Origin: Candidatus Bathyarchaeota archaeon
GTDB taxonomy: Archaea > Thermoproteota > Bathyarchaeia > Bathyarchaeales > Bathycorpusculaceae
Length of the DNA: 64,000 nucleotides
Assembly (NCBI GenBank): GCA_963833575.1
Contig: CAWHXY010000004.1
Location: 288,001 to 352,000, forward strand
Direction of reading: 5' to 3'
The notes under the pieces were generated by a model. The model was not told the DNA's origin. It saw only the letters and a program-made list of their open reading frames with translations, and searched no databases. This document shows positions 8,736-17,822 of this stretch, one piece after another (within the stretch, counting starts at the first letter, position 1; each line of letters opens with the position of its first letter). The position numbers and the translations under genes are program-made.

Positions 8736-11700
8736 TTAAGCTTTCTTTCTGAGGATTAGAAATCCGACGACCGCGACTGCGATGATTATCGCGATTCCTA
8801 CTGCTAATATGTATGTCAATAGGTTTGCATTTGTTGCTATGTCTGCTAATGTTGTCGCTTGCGGCGATGCTGTTGCTGCTGGACCGCCGACAACCATAGT
8901 GGTTTCAGCAGTTGATGGCCAGTATCCGTTGGTACCTGCGAACGTGGAGGTCACAGTATAGATGCCTGGAACGTTTGGAGGCGTCCAACCGAAATGATAT
9001 GAGCCACTTGCATCAGTTGTCGCGCTGCCAAGGGTTACGTAGTTGCCGTTAGGATCAAAGCCAGTCAAGGTCACTGTAACACCTGTGAAGTTGGTTGGTT
9101 CTGCTTGTTGCTGGTAGACATAGCTCATCCACGAGCTCATGCTTGTATCGGAAGCACACGGAACTCCGTTAGGAAAGTCAGCTGCCTGCTCAGTTTGCTT
9201 TGTGCCAGCGGCAATATCCATCACTGTTCCTTGGATAACTACTTTTGTACCTGCTGTAATAGCATCTTGTGGTGCCTGTACTGTGGTAGCGCTTGGTCCT
9301 CTGCCAGCACAGTAAGCTTGCATGTCGTAACCATTAAGGAATACTGCATAGCCGTCTGCGAGAGCTGGCGTGTTCATACTACCGTAATCTGAAAGTGTCC
9401 ATACTTCTTGTCCCGTAGTGGCGTTAATAGCGCGCATCAGTGCTCCTTTGTAAATCGGGTCGGTGACCGTGTGCTCATTACTCATCAGGTATACTATTCC
9501 GTTGCCACTAATAGGTCCAACGTAGTTCGGATATTCACCGTAAGGGGAGCTTAAGCTATAAGTGCTGTTGCCTGCGCCTCCGTTACCGTAAGTGAAGTCT
9601 AAAGCTCCAGTCAAATCGTTATAGGCGTACAATACTCCTCCCATTCCATCAGCGTAGTAATGACCGTAAGCCAGTGCACCGAGTATACCGTAGCCAAGCT
9701 CATAGTATTGGAGACCAGGTGTCATGGTTGCAGTTGGACCCCATATCTGTGCGCCTGTGTTCAGATTAAATCCCACAAATTGCATTGTTTCCTCATAATA
9801 TTCAACGAAGGTGCGGGTTTGCCAGTCGGCGCCTTGAATGCTGATAGTGAAGTTGCCTGCTGGTGGATTGTAGTTCTGCATCCATAATATCGAACCGATT
9901 GCTCCCCGAGACGCGTTGAGGTTAATGGCGAAGAGTGTGTATGGAAGTTGTGGCCAGCCTGTTGAAGTTGTCGAGAAGCCAACAGGTAGAGAGCCGTTTC
10001 TGCAAAGCATTATGTCACCAAAGTTAGCTGCAACTACAGTTACTGGATTTGTTCCGGATTGTGCATAACCATCAGCTCCTGCGGTTCCTTGTTCAGTTGG
10101 TGTTACTAGCAGTCCGTTGGCGGTGTTATAAGTGGGTTGCAAAGGCATGGTGTTGAGCCATGGTATCGAGACGTTCCAGTCGTAAGTGGTTTGAGCCATG
10201 GTATTAGTTGGATATATAGTGCTGGAGTTTAAGGGGATGTTTGCATTGGCTATGATTGAGGAACCATACGGGACGAAGACGGTTGCACCGGGGGCGCCTG
10301 GTGACGTAGGTGGTAGTGTGGCAGTGGTGCCAAACGGTGTTATTGGAACACCTGTAGATGAAACGAGTGCTCCGTTGGTTGCATTTATGATTGATGGGTT
10401 AGTACTTCCGCCCGAGCTGTATGGGTTTACATCGTATTGCCATATCTTAGATGAGTTCCACTCTTGTAGATACCACTGTGGATTCGTCGAAGTGCCGCAG
10501 TTGGCAAAGACATATCTGATCTGTTCGCTGCTTGGGCCTGGTACAGTCGCAGTTGTTAGAGCTGTGGCTGGCTTGCCCATCTCTAGCTGGCCCGTCGCGG
10601 GTGCAAATCCTGGAACATTAGTGATGTTGAACAAGCATGTACCTGTCAATCCATCGAAAACCTCCCACATTGAAGGCAAACCGGTTACACTTCCTCCTAT
10701 AGGTGAGAATAGCATTGGTTGGAATGCGCCGTGTTGTTCGCCGTTCCAAAGGTTGTAGATGTAAGCGAATGATATGCCATTTATATTATTCGAAGACCAA
10801 ATAAGTTGTCCTGTTTGCAGGTTGATGCATTCCTCTGGCCCAGTTCCGGTGACTCCTACTGTGCTCTTGAAGTACATCATTCCGTCTACTATTATCACTT
10901 GACCTCCGAACCCTGAGAATGAACTGGCGAATCTTCCAAGATAGCAAGAGCCCTCGAAGTAGCCAACTCCTTGAGCATCAGTATACAGGTTTCCTCCGAC
11001 TGTTCCACCTGATGTCAGCGGCAGCGTCCACATGACGTGAGGAGTCAGAGGTCCTACAGAATCGCCATGAAACACTGAGGAGCTAGTATAGCCTGCTGCT
11101 TGTGGTGAACCTGTGCCTAGCCAGTCAGACGAAATTGTGTACCAATTAGAGTTCTCACCGTATATTGGTCGAGTCCAGTAGCTTGTCGGCATCGGTTCGC
11201 TGTTTACGGCTGATGGTATCGGTGTTTGTTGAACAGTGACTGTTGTTGATGCGCTGCTTGGCAGATAAGTGTCGTTGATTAGTATTGAACCGGAGTAGCC
11301 ATTGCCTCCTGCTCCATATACTTGTCCTGGGTAATTAAAGGTGAGAGTGTACGTGCCAACCTGAGTGGGAGTGAAGGTAGCGTACACATTTGATGTTGGA
11401 TCCCAGACAGTAGGCCAAGTCTGCGTTGTGTTTGTGCCGTCAGGCGCTGTGATAGTGAGCTTGAAGTTCTGGAATCTCCAAACGTTTGATGTCAATGATG
11501 CGCTTGCTGTGGCGCCAGTCGTTCCAGGGAGAGCAGTCGTTCCGCCAGCTGCTCCATAAACAGCGTTGAGCCAGGCATAAACAGTTTCTGTTTGACCGAC
11601 ACCTATAGGGCTTGGCGTCGCTTGAATGTAGGCATATGTTGGAATTTGCCATGCGGGTGTATGTGCTAAGGCATTTGGTATTAGTGCCATTGAAGTTGCC

Positions 11701-11762
11701 ATTGAAAGTATAAAGAATATTGCAATCAATATAGCTGAAATTTTATTTTTTAGTATTTTCAT
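8736..11762 (-). CDS. secreted, C-terminally anchored PQQ-like beta-propeller repeat protein (paralogue 1)
   Basis: Signal peptide MKILKNKISAILIAIFF, repeated A.N..TG...W motifs, C-terminal TM + RKK. Start placed at ATG 11762; the extra N-terminus in the ORF track spans the promoter. Confidence 0.85.
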   Translation of the reverse strand: MKILKNKISAILIAIFFILSMATSMALIPNALAHTPAWQIPTYAYIQATPSPIGVGQTETVYAWLNAVYGAAGGTTALPGTTGATASASLTSNVWRFQNFKLTITAPDGTNTTQTWPTVWDPTSNVYATFTPTQVGTYTLTFNYPGQVYGAGGNGYSGSILINDTYLPSSASTTVTVQQTPIPSAVNSEPMPTSYWTRPIYGENSNWYTISSDWLGTGSPQAAGYTSSSVFHGDSVGPLTPHVMWTLPLTSGGTVGGNLYTDAQGVGYFEGSCYLGRFASSFSGFGGQVIIVDGMMYFKSTVGVTGTGPEECINLQTGQLIWSSNNINGISFAYIYNLWNGEQHGAFQPMLFSPIGGSVTGLPSMWEVFDGLTGTCLFNITNVPGFAPATGQLEMGKPATALTTATVPGPSSEQIRYVFANCGTSTNPQWYLQEWNSSKIWQYDVNPYSSGGSTNPSIINATNGALVSSTGVPITPFGTTATLPPTSPGAPGATVFVPYGSSIIANANIPLNSSTIYPTNTMAQTTYDWNVSIPWLNTMPLQPTYNTANGLLVTPTEQGTAGADGYAQSGTNPVTVVAANFGDIMLCRNGSLPVGFSTTSTGWPQLPYTLFAINLNASRGAIGSILWMQNYNPPAGNFTISIQGADWQTRTFVEYYEETMQFVGFNLNTGAQIWGPTATMTPGLQYYELGYGILGALAYGHYYADGMGGVLYAYNDLTGALDFTYGNGGAGNSTYSLSSPYGEYPNYVGPISGNGIVYLMSNEHTVTDPIYKGALMRAINATTGQEVWTLSDYGSMNTPALADGYAVFLNGYDMQAYCAGRGPSATTVQAPQDAITAGTKVVIQGTVMDIAAGTKQTEQAADFPNGVPCASDTSMSSWMSYVYQQQAEPTNFTGVTVTLTGFDPNGNYVTLGSATTDASGSYHFGWTPPNVPGIYTVTSTFAGTNGYWPSTAETTMVVGGPAATASPQATTLADIATNANLLTYILAVGIAIIIAVAVVGFLILRKKA

Positions 11763-11798
11763 TTTGTGTTTTTCTTCCTTTCTATTTTTGTTTCGATT

Positions 11799-11873
11799 GA
11801 GAAGAAGCTGAGAAAGATGCCTCTTCCCAACTACTTTGCTCTCTTTATCTTTGAGTGTAAATAATTTGCGTAA
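11799..11873 (-). promoter_or_regulatory. BRE/TATA promoter plus 5'-UTR hairpin of beta-propeller paralogue 1
   Basis: TTACGCAAATTATTTA, then stem GGGAAGAGGC/GCTTCTTCTC; same layout as 63728-63800. Confidence 0.6.
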
Positions 11874-12120
11874 AGCATTTGGGGAATAATACAGCAAAAA
11901 ACTACCATTTTTTAAATATAAAAGAAAAAAATTGTAATGAAAAAGGCAAATTCTATTCAAAAAATCCTAAAAAACCTGTTTTTACGTACACGCGAGTTAA
12001 TAGTCTTCAAGAGGAAAATTCATTAAATAACTTGCATATAAAACTTAACTATTTTACCAAAATTATAAATTCTAAAGCTTTTTATCTACATGCACCATGA
12101 AAAGCTATTCAGGAATATAG

Positions 12121-12594
12121 ATGAGTGCTAAAGCAGAAATTGACGAAATTGACATCATAATTTTGAAGGAACTAATTAAAGATGCGAGAACAAAATGCAC
12201 AGAAATAGCAAGAAAGTGCGGGTTATCAGTTCCTGCCATAACAATGCGAATAGAACGGCTAAAAGCAACTGGTGTAATAACCGGAGCAGCACTTTACATA
12301 AACATGAGCGTTATAGGCTACCTTCAACCAGCCACCATAATGATAGAAGCTACTCCTGACCAAGAATCAACAGTCATCAAAATAGCAAAACAGCTGTCGA
12401 ATTTAGTGATGATAGATAGAAGCGTTGGCATGAGCAATTTAGTCCTTTTCTTAGTTGCTGAAGATATAAAAAAAATAGACGCAATAAAGCAGAGCATTAA
12501 AAAACAAGCGAAAGTAGGAAAAATACAAGTCAGCTTCTGGCACACTCCAGAGTTTATCTTTGAAAATATTGACCTTCAACAAACAGGATCTTGA
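12121..12594 (+). CDS. Lrp/AsnC family transcriptional regulator
   Basis: IDEIDIIILKELIKDART..EIARKCGLS....RIERLKATGVI. Confidence 0.88.
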   Translation: MSAKAEIDEIDIIILKELIKDARTKCTEIARKCGLSVPAITMRIERLKATGVITGAALYINMSVIGYLQPATIMIEATPDQESTVIKIAKQLSNLVMIDRSVGMSNLVLFLVAEDIKKIDAIKQSIKKQAKVGKIQVSFWHTPEFIFENIDLQQTGS

Positions 12595-13067
12595 AGTCCA
12601 TGGATAAGATTGATGAAAGCATATTAAAGGAAATTACAAAAAATGCCCAAACACCTTTTCTAAAAGTCGCAGACAAACTCGGCATTTCATCTAAGACTGT
12701 TAAAGAAAGGTACGAAAAAATGAAGAAGAATGGAATAATTCTACGTCAAACTATTACACTTGATCTTTCAAAAATAGGGTATCAAGGCAAAGCGTACTTA
12801 GCAATTACGAATTCCCCAGACCAAGATAGAGCAACGACCATAAGAGCCCTGAAACGAGTGCCCAACATATTCATGATAACAGAAATCGTAGGAGATTTCG
12901 ATATTTTAGCACTTGCAGTAATTAGAGACCTCAACAGTTCAATCAATCTTGTAAAGGAAATCAGAGAAATCCCAAGCGTACAGCAGGTGCAAGTAGCTCT
13001 TGTTGCTGATGCCTCCTTCCCAGTTGGAGAGAGGTTTAGCGAACTTTTCATAAGAGAGACCCATTAA
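12591..13067 (+). CDS. Lrp/AsnC family transcriptional regulator
   Basis: MDKIDESILKEITKNAQTPF..VADKLGIS..TVKERY; VGDFDI RAM domain. Confidence 0.88.
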   Translation: MKSMDKIDESILKEITKNAQTPFLKVADKLGISSKTVKERYEKMKKNGIILRQTITLDLSKIGYQGKAYLAITNSPDQDRATTIRALKRVPNIFMITEIVGDFDILALAVIRDLNSSINLVKEIREIPSVQQVQVALVADASFPVGERFSELFIRETH

Positions 13068-13220
13068 AGCAATTTGACTTTTTGCAAGCATGCGCTAGTA
13101 TTTTTTTGAGAAACTTGGCACGCCCAGTTGCAATCGTTCCACTATTCAGATGCTTAGACATTTGGCACTAATAGGTAATGTTCCGTTGGTGTTTGAGTTG
13201 TGGGTTAGCACGCCGCGCTG

Positions 13221-13277
13221 AAAAAAAGGGATTTCGCGAGTGACAACTCAAGGGCTTCGAATCCCATCCCCGCACCA
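13221..13277 (+). repeat. att-like scar R2 (arm + 3' fragment of a different tRNA)
   Basis: AAAAAAAGGGATTTCGCGAGTGAC...GGGCTTCGAATCCCATCCCCGCACCA. Confidence 0.65.
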
Positions 13278-13318
13278 AATTTTCTTAAGCATTAAAGTCC
13301 TAATTATGTTGAGAATGC

Positions 13319-13984
13319 ATGAATTGGAAATGGAAGCTCCTATCGTTCATGGTCGTCATGATTATTGTGGTTTCAGGAGTCACAGTCTTCTTTCTAAACT
13401 CAGTGAATGCCCCTAAGCAGCAAGAATTGCCGATTCGCATCGCATGTGTTGGAGATAGTATAACAAATGATTCTGGTTACCCAGATGACCTTTGGATGCT
13501 TCTTGGCGCAAACTACAACGTAAGCAAATTCGGCGCGGGCGGTGCAACGGTAACGCTAAATTCTGAAAAGCCCTACATCGACCAAATTGAAATGCAGGAA
13601 GCAAAGAACTTCCAACCAAATATCATCATTATCATGTTAGGAACTAATGATGCTTACCCAGGCTTTCAAAGATTCAACGCAACCTTTGTAGAGGATTACA
13701 AACAGCTAATTGCCCAATTTCAAGCGCTGCCTACAAACCCGAAAATTTGGGTTGTTAAGCCACCGCCGATTTTCAATAACGGCACAGGGTTAAGCACCGA
13801 ATTCTTTGATTCAACCATTATTCCCAGAATTGAATTGGTCGCAAAAGAAACCAACTTGCCCATAATCGATGTCTATTCAGTGCTGGCTGGCCATCCCGAT
13901 TTTTTTGTTGATGGGGTGCACCCGAAAAGTGAAGGCGCAAAAGCAATCGCTTACGAGATTTACAAGGCATTAACTTCAACTTAA
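13319..13984 (+). CDS. SGNH/GDSL hydrolase, N-terminally membrane-anchored
   Basis: ACVGDSIT, MLGTND and DGVHP catalytic blocks. Confidence 0.9.
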   Translation: MNWKWKLLSFMVVMIIVVSGVTVFFLNSVNAPKQQELPIRIACVGDSITNDSGYPDDLWMLLGANYNVSKFGAGGATVTLNSEKPYIDQIEMQEAKNFQPNIIIIMLGTNDAYPGFQRFNATFVEDYKQLIAQFQALPTNPKIWVVKPPPIFNNGTGLSTEFFDSTIIPRIELVAKETNLPIIDVYSVLAGHPDFFVDGVHPKSEGAKAIAYEIYKALTST

Positions 13985-14047
13985 TGCTAACTTTTGCCCA
14001 TTCCGTTTTTGGTTTGTTAGATAAAACTTTACCCTACAACGATCACT

Positions 14048-14110
14048 AAAAAGGGATTTTGCGAGTGAAATCTCTTGCAGAGCGAGGATCAAATCCCCCC
14101 CCAGTCCACT
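14048..14110 (+). repeat. att-like scar R3: direct repeat of the tRNA-Ala 3' end (attR-like)
   Basis: AAAAAGGGATTTTGCGAGTGAA...TCAAATCCCCCCCCAGTCCAC matches tRNA 7120-7140 with one extra C. Confidence 0.8.
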
Positions 14111-14668
14111 CCAACACAAACTTTTCACTGACTAAACGATAGAATAAGTCAAACTTAGAAATTGTTTATTGTATTTTATAGTTCTGGTGACAAGCTATTT
14201 TCCCGAAGAATCTTTCTCCGTCTATACCCCAAGATTTTTGAAGGACCTTGTACATGCCGCCAAGCTCTTGCTGGGCAAACAAATCCGGATAGCAGTTCTA
14301 TTTATTATCAATATTCTCAGTTCATAAGACTTATTTTCGAAGAAAAAGCAGAAGACTATTGAAACAACTTGCGCGTCAATGAAAAAATCTTAGGCTCTCT
14401 CGCGTTGATATTTCTTAGTTCAGGCTGCGTACCTGCTTACTTTCATTTTAAGCTTTATGCGATTGTGTTTTGGATGTCTGGTTTTGCTTTGATGAATGTA
14501 CATATTTTTGTTTTGTCGCGGAAAAAATTCTAAGGCCTGCCGCAAATCGAGCAGTATAAAGACAACCAAGACAAATATTATTTTATACGTTCTGATGATG
14601 AGATAAAATTCAAAATACCTCTTCTCTTCTGCAGGAGTGAAATTTCAGAAGACTTAGTAGATTCACTA

Positions 14669-14956
14669 CTAATTTATGTTTGGCGGATTTATTTCGCTCG
14701 CAACGATCAGAACCTGCTCCGTCAAGAACTGTTCCAACCAGTCAAGCCTATCGGAGCTGTCAAGTGCTTCTTTGTGTGCAGCCACATGAGTCTTAACGGC
14801 AATGCTCATGGCTTTCAAATCCGGAACAATTAAGATTTCAGAGCCGCATATACATCTTATAATAGGCATCCCTTTGTCACGTAGAGCGAGTTTGTTTTTG
14901 CGGTTTTGACCTGAATTGCAATTAATTTCTTGAGTACTTCGTTTTGTCATGCCCAT
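14669..14956 (-). CDS. small CxC...HxxxH putative zinc-binding protein
   Basis: IIRCICGSEILIVPDLKAM..AVKTHVAAH. Confidence 0.6.
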   Translation of the reverse strand: MGMTKRSTQEINCNSGQNRKNKLALRDKGMPIIRCICGSEILIVPDLKAMSIAVKTHVAAHKEALDSSDRLDWLEQFLTEQVLIVASEINPPNIN

Positions 14957-15435
14957 TCAATCTAGACTTGCCCACTTTTTGGTCTGCAACGGGAGCAAGT
15001 GGATTTCCATATTATCCTGCAAAACATAAAAAAGATTGTGATAGGCTTAGCGCAATCACATGCGAATAATTCCTTTTATTTATTTAGTTTTAGATTCATT
15101 CTTGATTCTAGAGAAAAGTTTTATCAACAAAATGCTTGATTTCTTGAATCAAACAACCGCTGACTGGCTTTCTTTCGCAAATTTGATCAGCGTAGAGGCA
15201 GACTGAGTGAATTGACAAGTGCGATACGCCCACAAGCAGAATCATGAACAGCATGCCTTGACCATTTTTTTTTCACACGCATATAGCTTAAAATTCTCTT
15301 TCTTGATTCAAAATACATAATTTGTCAATTAACTGGAATCAAACAACGTGAAATAGCAAAAAGTTTATAAAAAATCAGCCCGTTATTGCACTGGAAAGAC
15401 CACCTCTGAAACTGGAGAATCATGAGGCACAGCAG

Positions 15436-15705
15436 ATGAGACGATCAAAACTAGAAAGTTACGTTGACATCCTCAAAGTATTAGCGCATACCGGTCCATT
15501 AAAGCTAACACACATCATGTACAAATCTAATTTCAACGGAAACATACTCAGAGAATATCTTGACTTTCTAATCAAGCAAGGCTTGATAGAAGAACGAACA
15601 ATCAAAAAGAGACACTCACTTTTCGCCGTTACTCAACGAGGCATGACAGTGCTGAAGCATTTCCAAGAACTCACGCAAGAAATATCCGCCATAGAAGAAC
15701 CATAA
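15436..15705 (+). CDS. winged-helix DNA-binding protein (archaeal HTH_45-like)
   Basis: MRRSKLE.YVDILKVL...LKLTHIMYKSN....EYLDFLIKQGLI...VTQRG. Confidence 0.85.
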   Translation: MRRSKLESYVDILKVLAHTGPLKLTHIMYKSNFNGNILREYLDFLIKQGLIEERTIKKRHSLFAVTQRGMTVLKHFQELTQEISAIEEP

Positions 15706-15767
15706 ATTCAAACAAAGACCCGATTCTAATTGGGCTCAATAGGATAATACAACTCGAAATTTTGTGT

Positions 15768-15935
15768 ATGAAAAACCTTTATGCCCAAGTTAAGAAGACG
15801 CATGAAGGTTTCCCTTGCAAGTGGGTGACCACTAAAGTAACATTTCAAGAGTATGTTCACTTGATGAAAGAGCAGGTTGGGAAAACAGAAGAAATTAAGA
15901 AGAAATTGAACAATTACGAGTCTTTGAAAGACTGA
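15768..15935 (+). CDS. small hypothetical protein (55 aa)
   Basis: Manual ORF MKNLYAQVKK...YESLKD*, below the track cutoff. Confidence 0.3.
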   Translation: MKNLYAQVKKTHEGFPCKWVTTKVTFQEYVHLMKEQVGKTEEIKKKLNNYESLKD

Positions 15936-16092
15936 GGCAACAAAAAGTGCAAAGAACAAATCAGCAATAAGAAATTCAACACGATTAGCCGTTTGGAAAA
16001 CTATGAGACAGCCTAACTCAATGCTTACAGCAAAAAACGGCCAGAAAAAGTCAAATAAGAACTGAAGATAGAACTGGAGCCGCTGCTCAATT

Positions 16093-16920
16093 TCAAGTTA
16101 CATCGTTTGTTTGATACTCAGGCGGTGGGGGTGGAGGCGGAACATCTAACATTTTGTTTTGTTTTCGCTTTCTCACAAATAACCCAACTACGAACGCGGC
16201 GACAACTATAATCGCGACAGATATGGCAATCAAGTATACGGAAACGCCTTGGCTAGAATTGGCTCCTTTTTGTTCTGCAACGTTTGCCAGGTCCAAGTAA
16301 GTAGATACATCCTGAAGAGTAATCAAGGCTTGGGTCCAGTTTCCAGCGTTAGCTTGTGATGGTGCAAGGTCGTAAGCGGCTTGTGCCTGCTGCAGGTATG
16401 ACTTAGCACTGGCAATTTGATAGTGGGTTCTGTTGGCCGTGTTCATTTGATTTTCAACCTGAGTTAACAAAGTGTTGTAGAGTTTTTCTTCGGCTGGACC
16501 AACCTGTATTGTTGAAGATGGAGAATCCCATGAGAAAGTGTTAGATGACGCATCTACACCGTCAACACCGACATAATAGGTGTGTAGACCCTCTGTAACG
16601 TTAGTTGGTATCTGAACTGAAAATGACTCTGAAAGAACTGAGTTGGAGGTTGAAACATAGCCTGGAGTGCTATTCAAGTTAACCCCATAGAAGCCATCTG
16701 TTGGCATCCAGTCAAAATGAATGCCTACGTAGTATATCGTCAGCTCTTGACTGCTCTGGAAAGTCACTTGTGCGCCAATTATGTCGCCACCATAAAAAGT
16801 GGAATTTGCCCAAGTAACGGTCGCTGACGCATCACTTGAGTCAAGAGCAAAAACTAAACCGCTAGAAACAAAAAGCATACTTACGCAAACCGCAATTAGA
16901 ACTATTCCAAGTGATTTCAA
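16093..16920 (-). CDS. secreted/membrane-anchored hypothetical protein
   Basis: Signal peptide, Ig-like region, helical region, C-terminal TM + RKRK + poly-Pro. Confidence 0.75.
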   Translation of the reverse strand: MKSLGIVLIAVCVSMLFVSSGLVFALDSSDASATVTWANSTFYGGDIIGAQVTFQSSQELTIYYVGIHFDWMPTDGFYGVNLNSTPGYVSTSNSVLSESFSVQIPTNVTEGLHTYYVGVDGVDASSNTFSWDSPSSTIQVGPAEEKLYNTLLTQVENQMNTANRTHYQIASAKSYLQQAQAAYDLAPSQANAGNWTQALITLQDVSTYLDLANVAEQKGANSSQGVSVYLIAISVAIIVVAAFVVGLFVRKRKQNKMLDVPPPPPPPEYQTNDVT

Positions 16921-17109
16921 CGGGAATCTCCTCTCTCACTACCGCTAACTCTACAAACTATATAATTTTTTGCCGTGAATTGCTACCGATAACCGATTAA
17001 GAAATCTATCACAAAAACTTCTTTTTGTACGCTTGCTATTGAGAATAACTCTTAAGATCTTAAAGCTCCAATGACTCCGTCAAAGATAACGAACGCTTAT
17101 TCAAGAAAG

Positions 17110-17172
17110 AAAAAAAGGCTCTTTGCGAGTGACATATCCACTCTGACTTCGTCTAAGTCCACCCAAGTCCAC
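17110..17172 (+). repeat. att-like scar R4
   Basis: AAAAAAAAGGCTCTTTGCGAGTGAC... followed by AGTCCAC twice (tRNA-Ala acceptor end). Confidence 0.55.
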
Positions 17173-17184
17173 TTTCATGTTCTC

Positions 17185-17358
17185 TTAAATCTTTCTTTGT
17201 TTCTGAATAATTCTCAACGCAAAGAAGAGAGTGAACAAGAGTGCTAGAAAAACCACAAACCACACTGCAAAGATTTCACCAGTAAGCAAGTAGGTGGTTA
17301 CTATTACCAAAAGCAACACTAAAAGAAGAATTACCATAAGTTTCATACGTAGATCCAT
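17185..17358 (-). CDS. small two-TM membrane protein (57 aa)
   Basis: Manual ORF MDLRMKLMVILLLVLLLVIV...LRIIQKQRKI*; GAGG RBS. Confidence 0.55.
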   Translation of the reverse strand: MDLRMKLMVILLLVLLLVIVTTYLLTGEIFAVWFVVFLALLFTLFFALRIIQKQRKI

Positions 17359-17510
17359 ATCTTCTTCCTCAAATCGTCTATTCTCTGTTTTATGGATTTA
17401 AGACTTTAGAAAATAGAATATGTCATAATAATTCATACATTTTGAAACCGAATGTATGTAGGTATGAAAATTATATTTATCTATGAAAAATTGTTTGTTG
17501 ATTAAGGGTT

Positions 17511-17675
17511 TTAGAATTTCTTGACTTCTAATTTTACGATTTTGTGGCAGTTTAAGCATTTTGTATAAACTAGTTCAAATCCTTTGAGTATGTCAAAGTT
17601 TCTTTGTGTATACAATCTCTGGTTTCCATGTTCACAAGTTACTTGCCTAAAATAAACTATGTTGTCCTCTTCCAT
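17511..17675 (-). CDS. small putative zinc-binding protein (54 aa)
   Basis: Manual ORF MEEDNIVYFRQVTCEH...CLNCHKIVKLEVKKF*; AGGAG RBS. Confidence 0.6.
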   Translation of the reverse strand: MEEDNIVYFRQVTCEHGNQRLYTQRNFDILKGFELVYTKCLNCHKIVKLEVKKF

Positions 17676-17822
17676 TAGTCTCCTTTCCTCGCTAATGTGA
17701 GAAGTTCTCCTTTCTCCTCAAACAAGGAAGTGCTGTTTAATGCTTAAAAGGGATATTTCGAAATCCGAAATATGTCAGCTGATTTTGAAGACTGAAAGCT
17801 AAGTCAGTTTCTTCCTTCGCGC

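Noticed and set aside
11763-11960. 66-aa N-terminal extension of the 1074-aa ORF
   Set aside because: It covers the TATA box and leader hairpin; the signal peptide and the paralogue alignment start at ATG 11762.
13252-13277. Possible second tRNA or split-tRNA half
   Set aside because: Only a degenerate T-arm and acceptor end; no D-arm or anticodon arm, BHB motif or complementary leader. Treated as an att scar.
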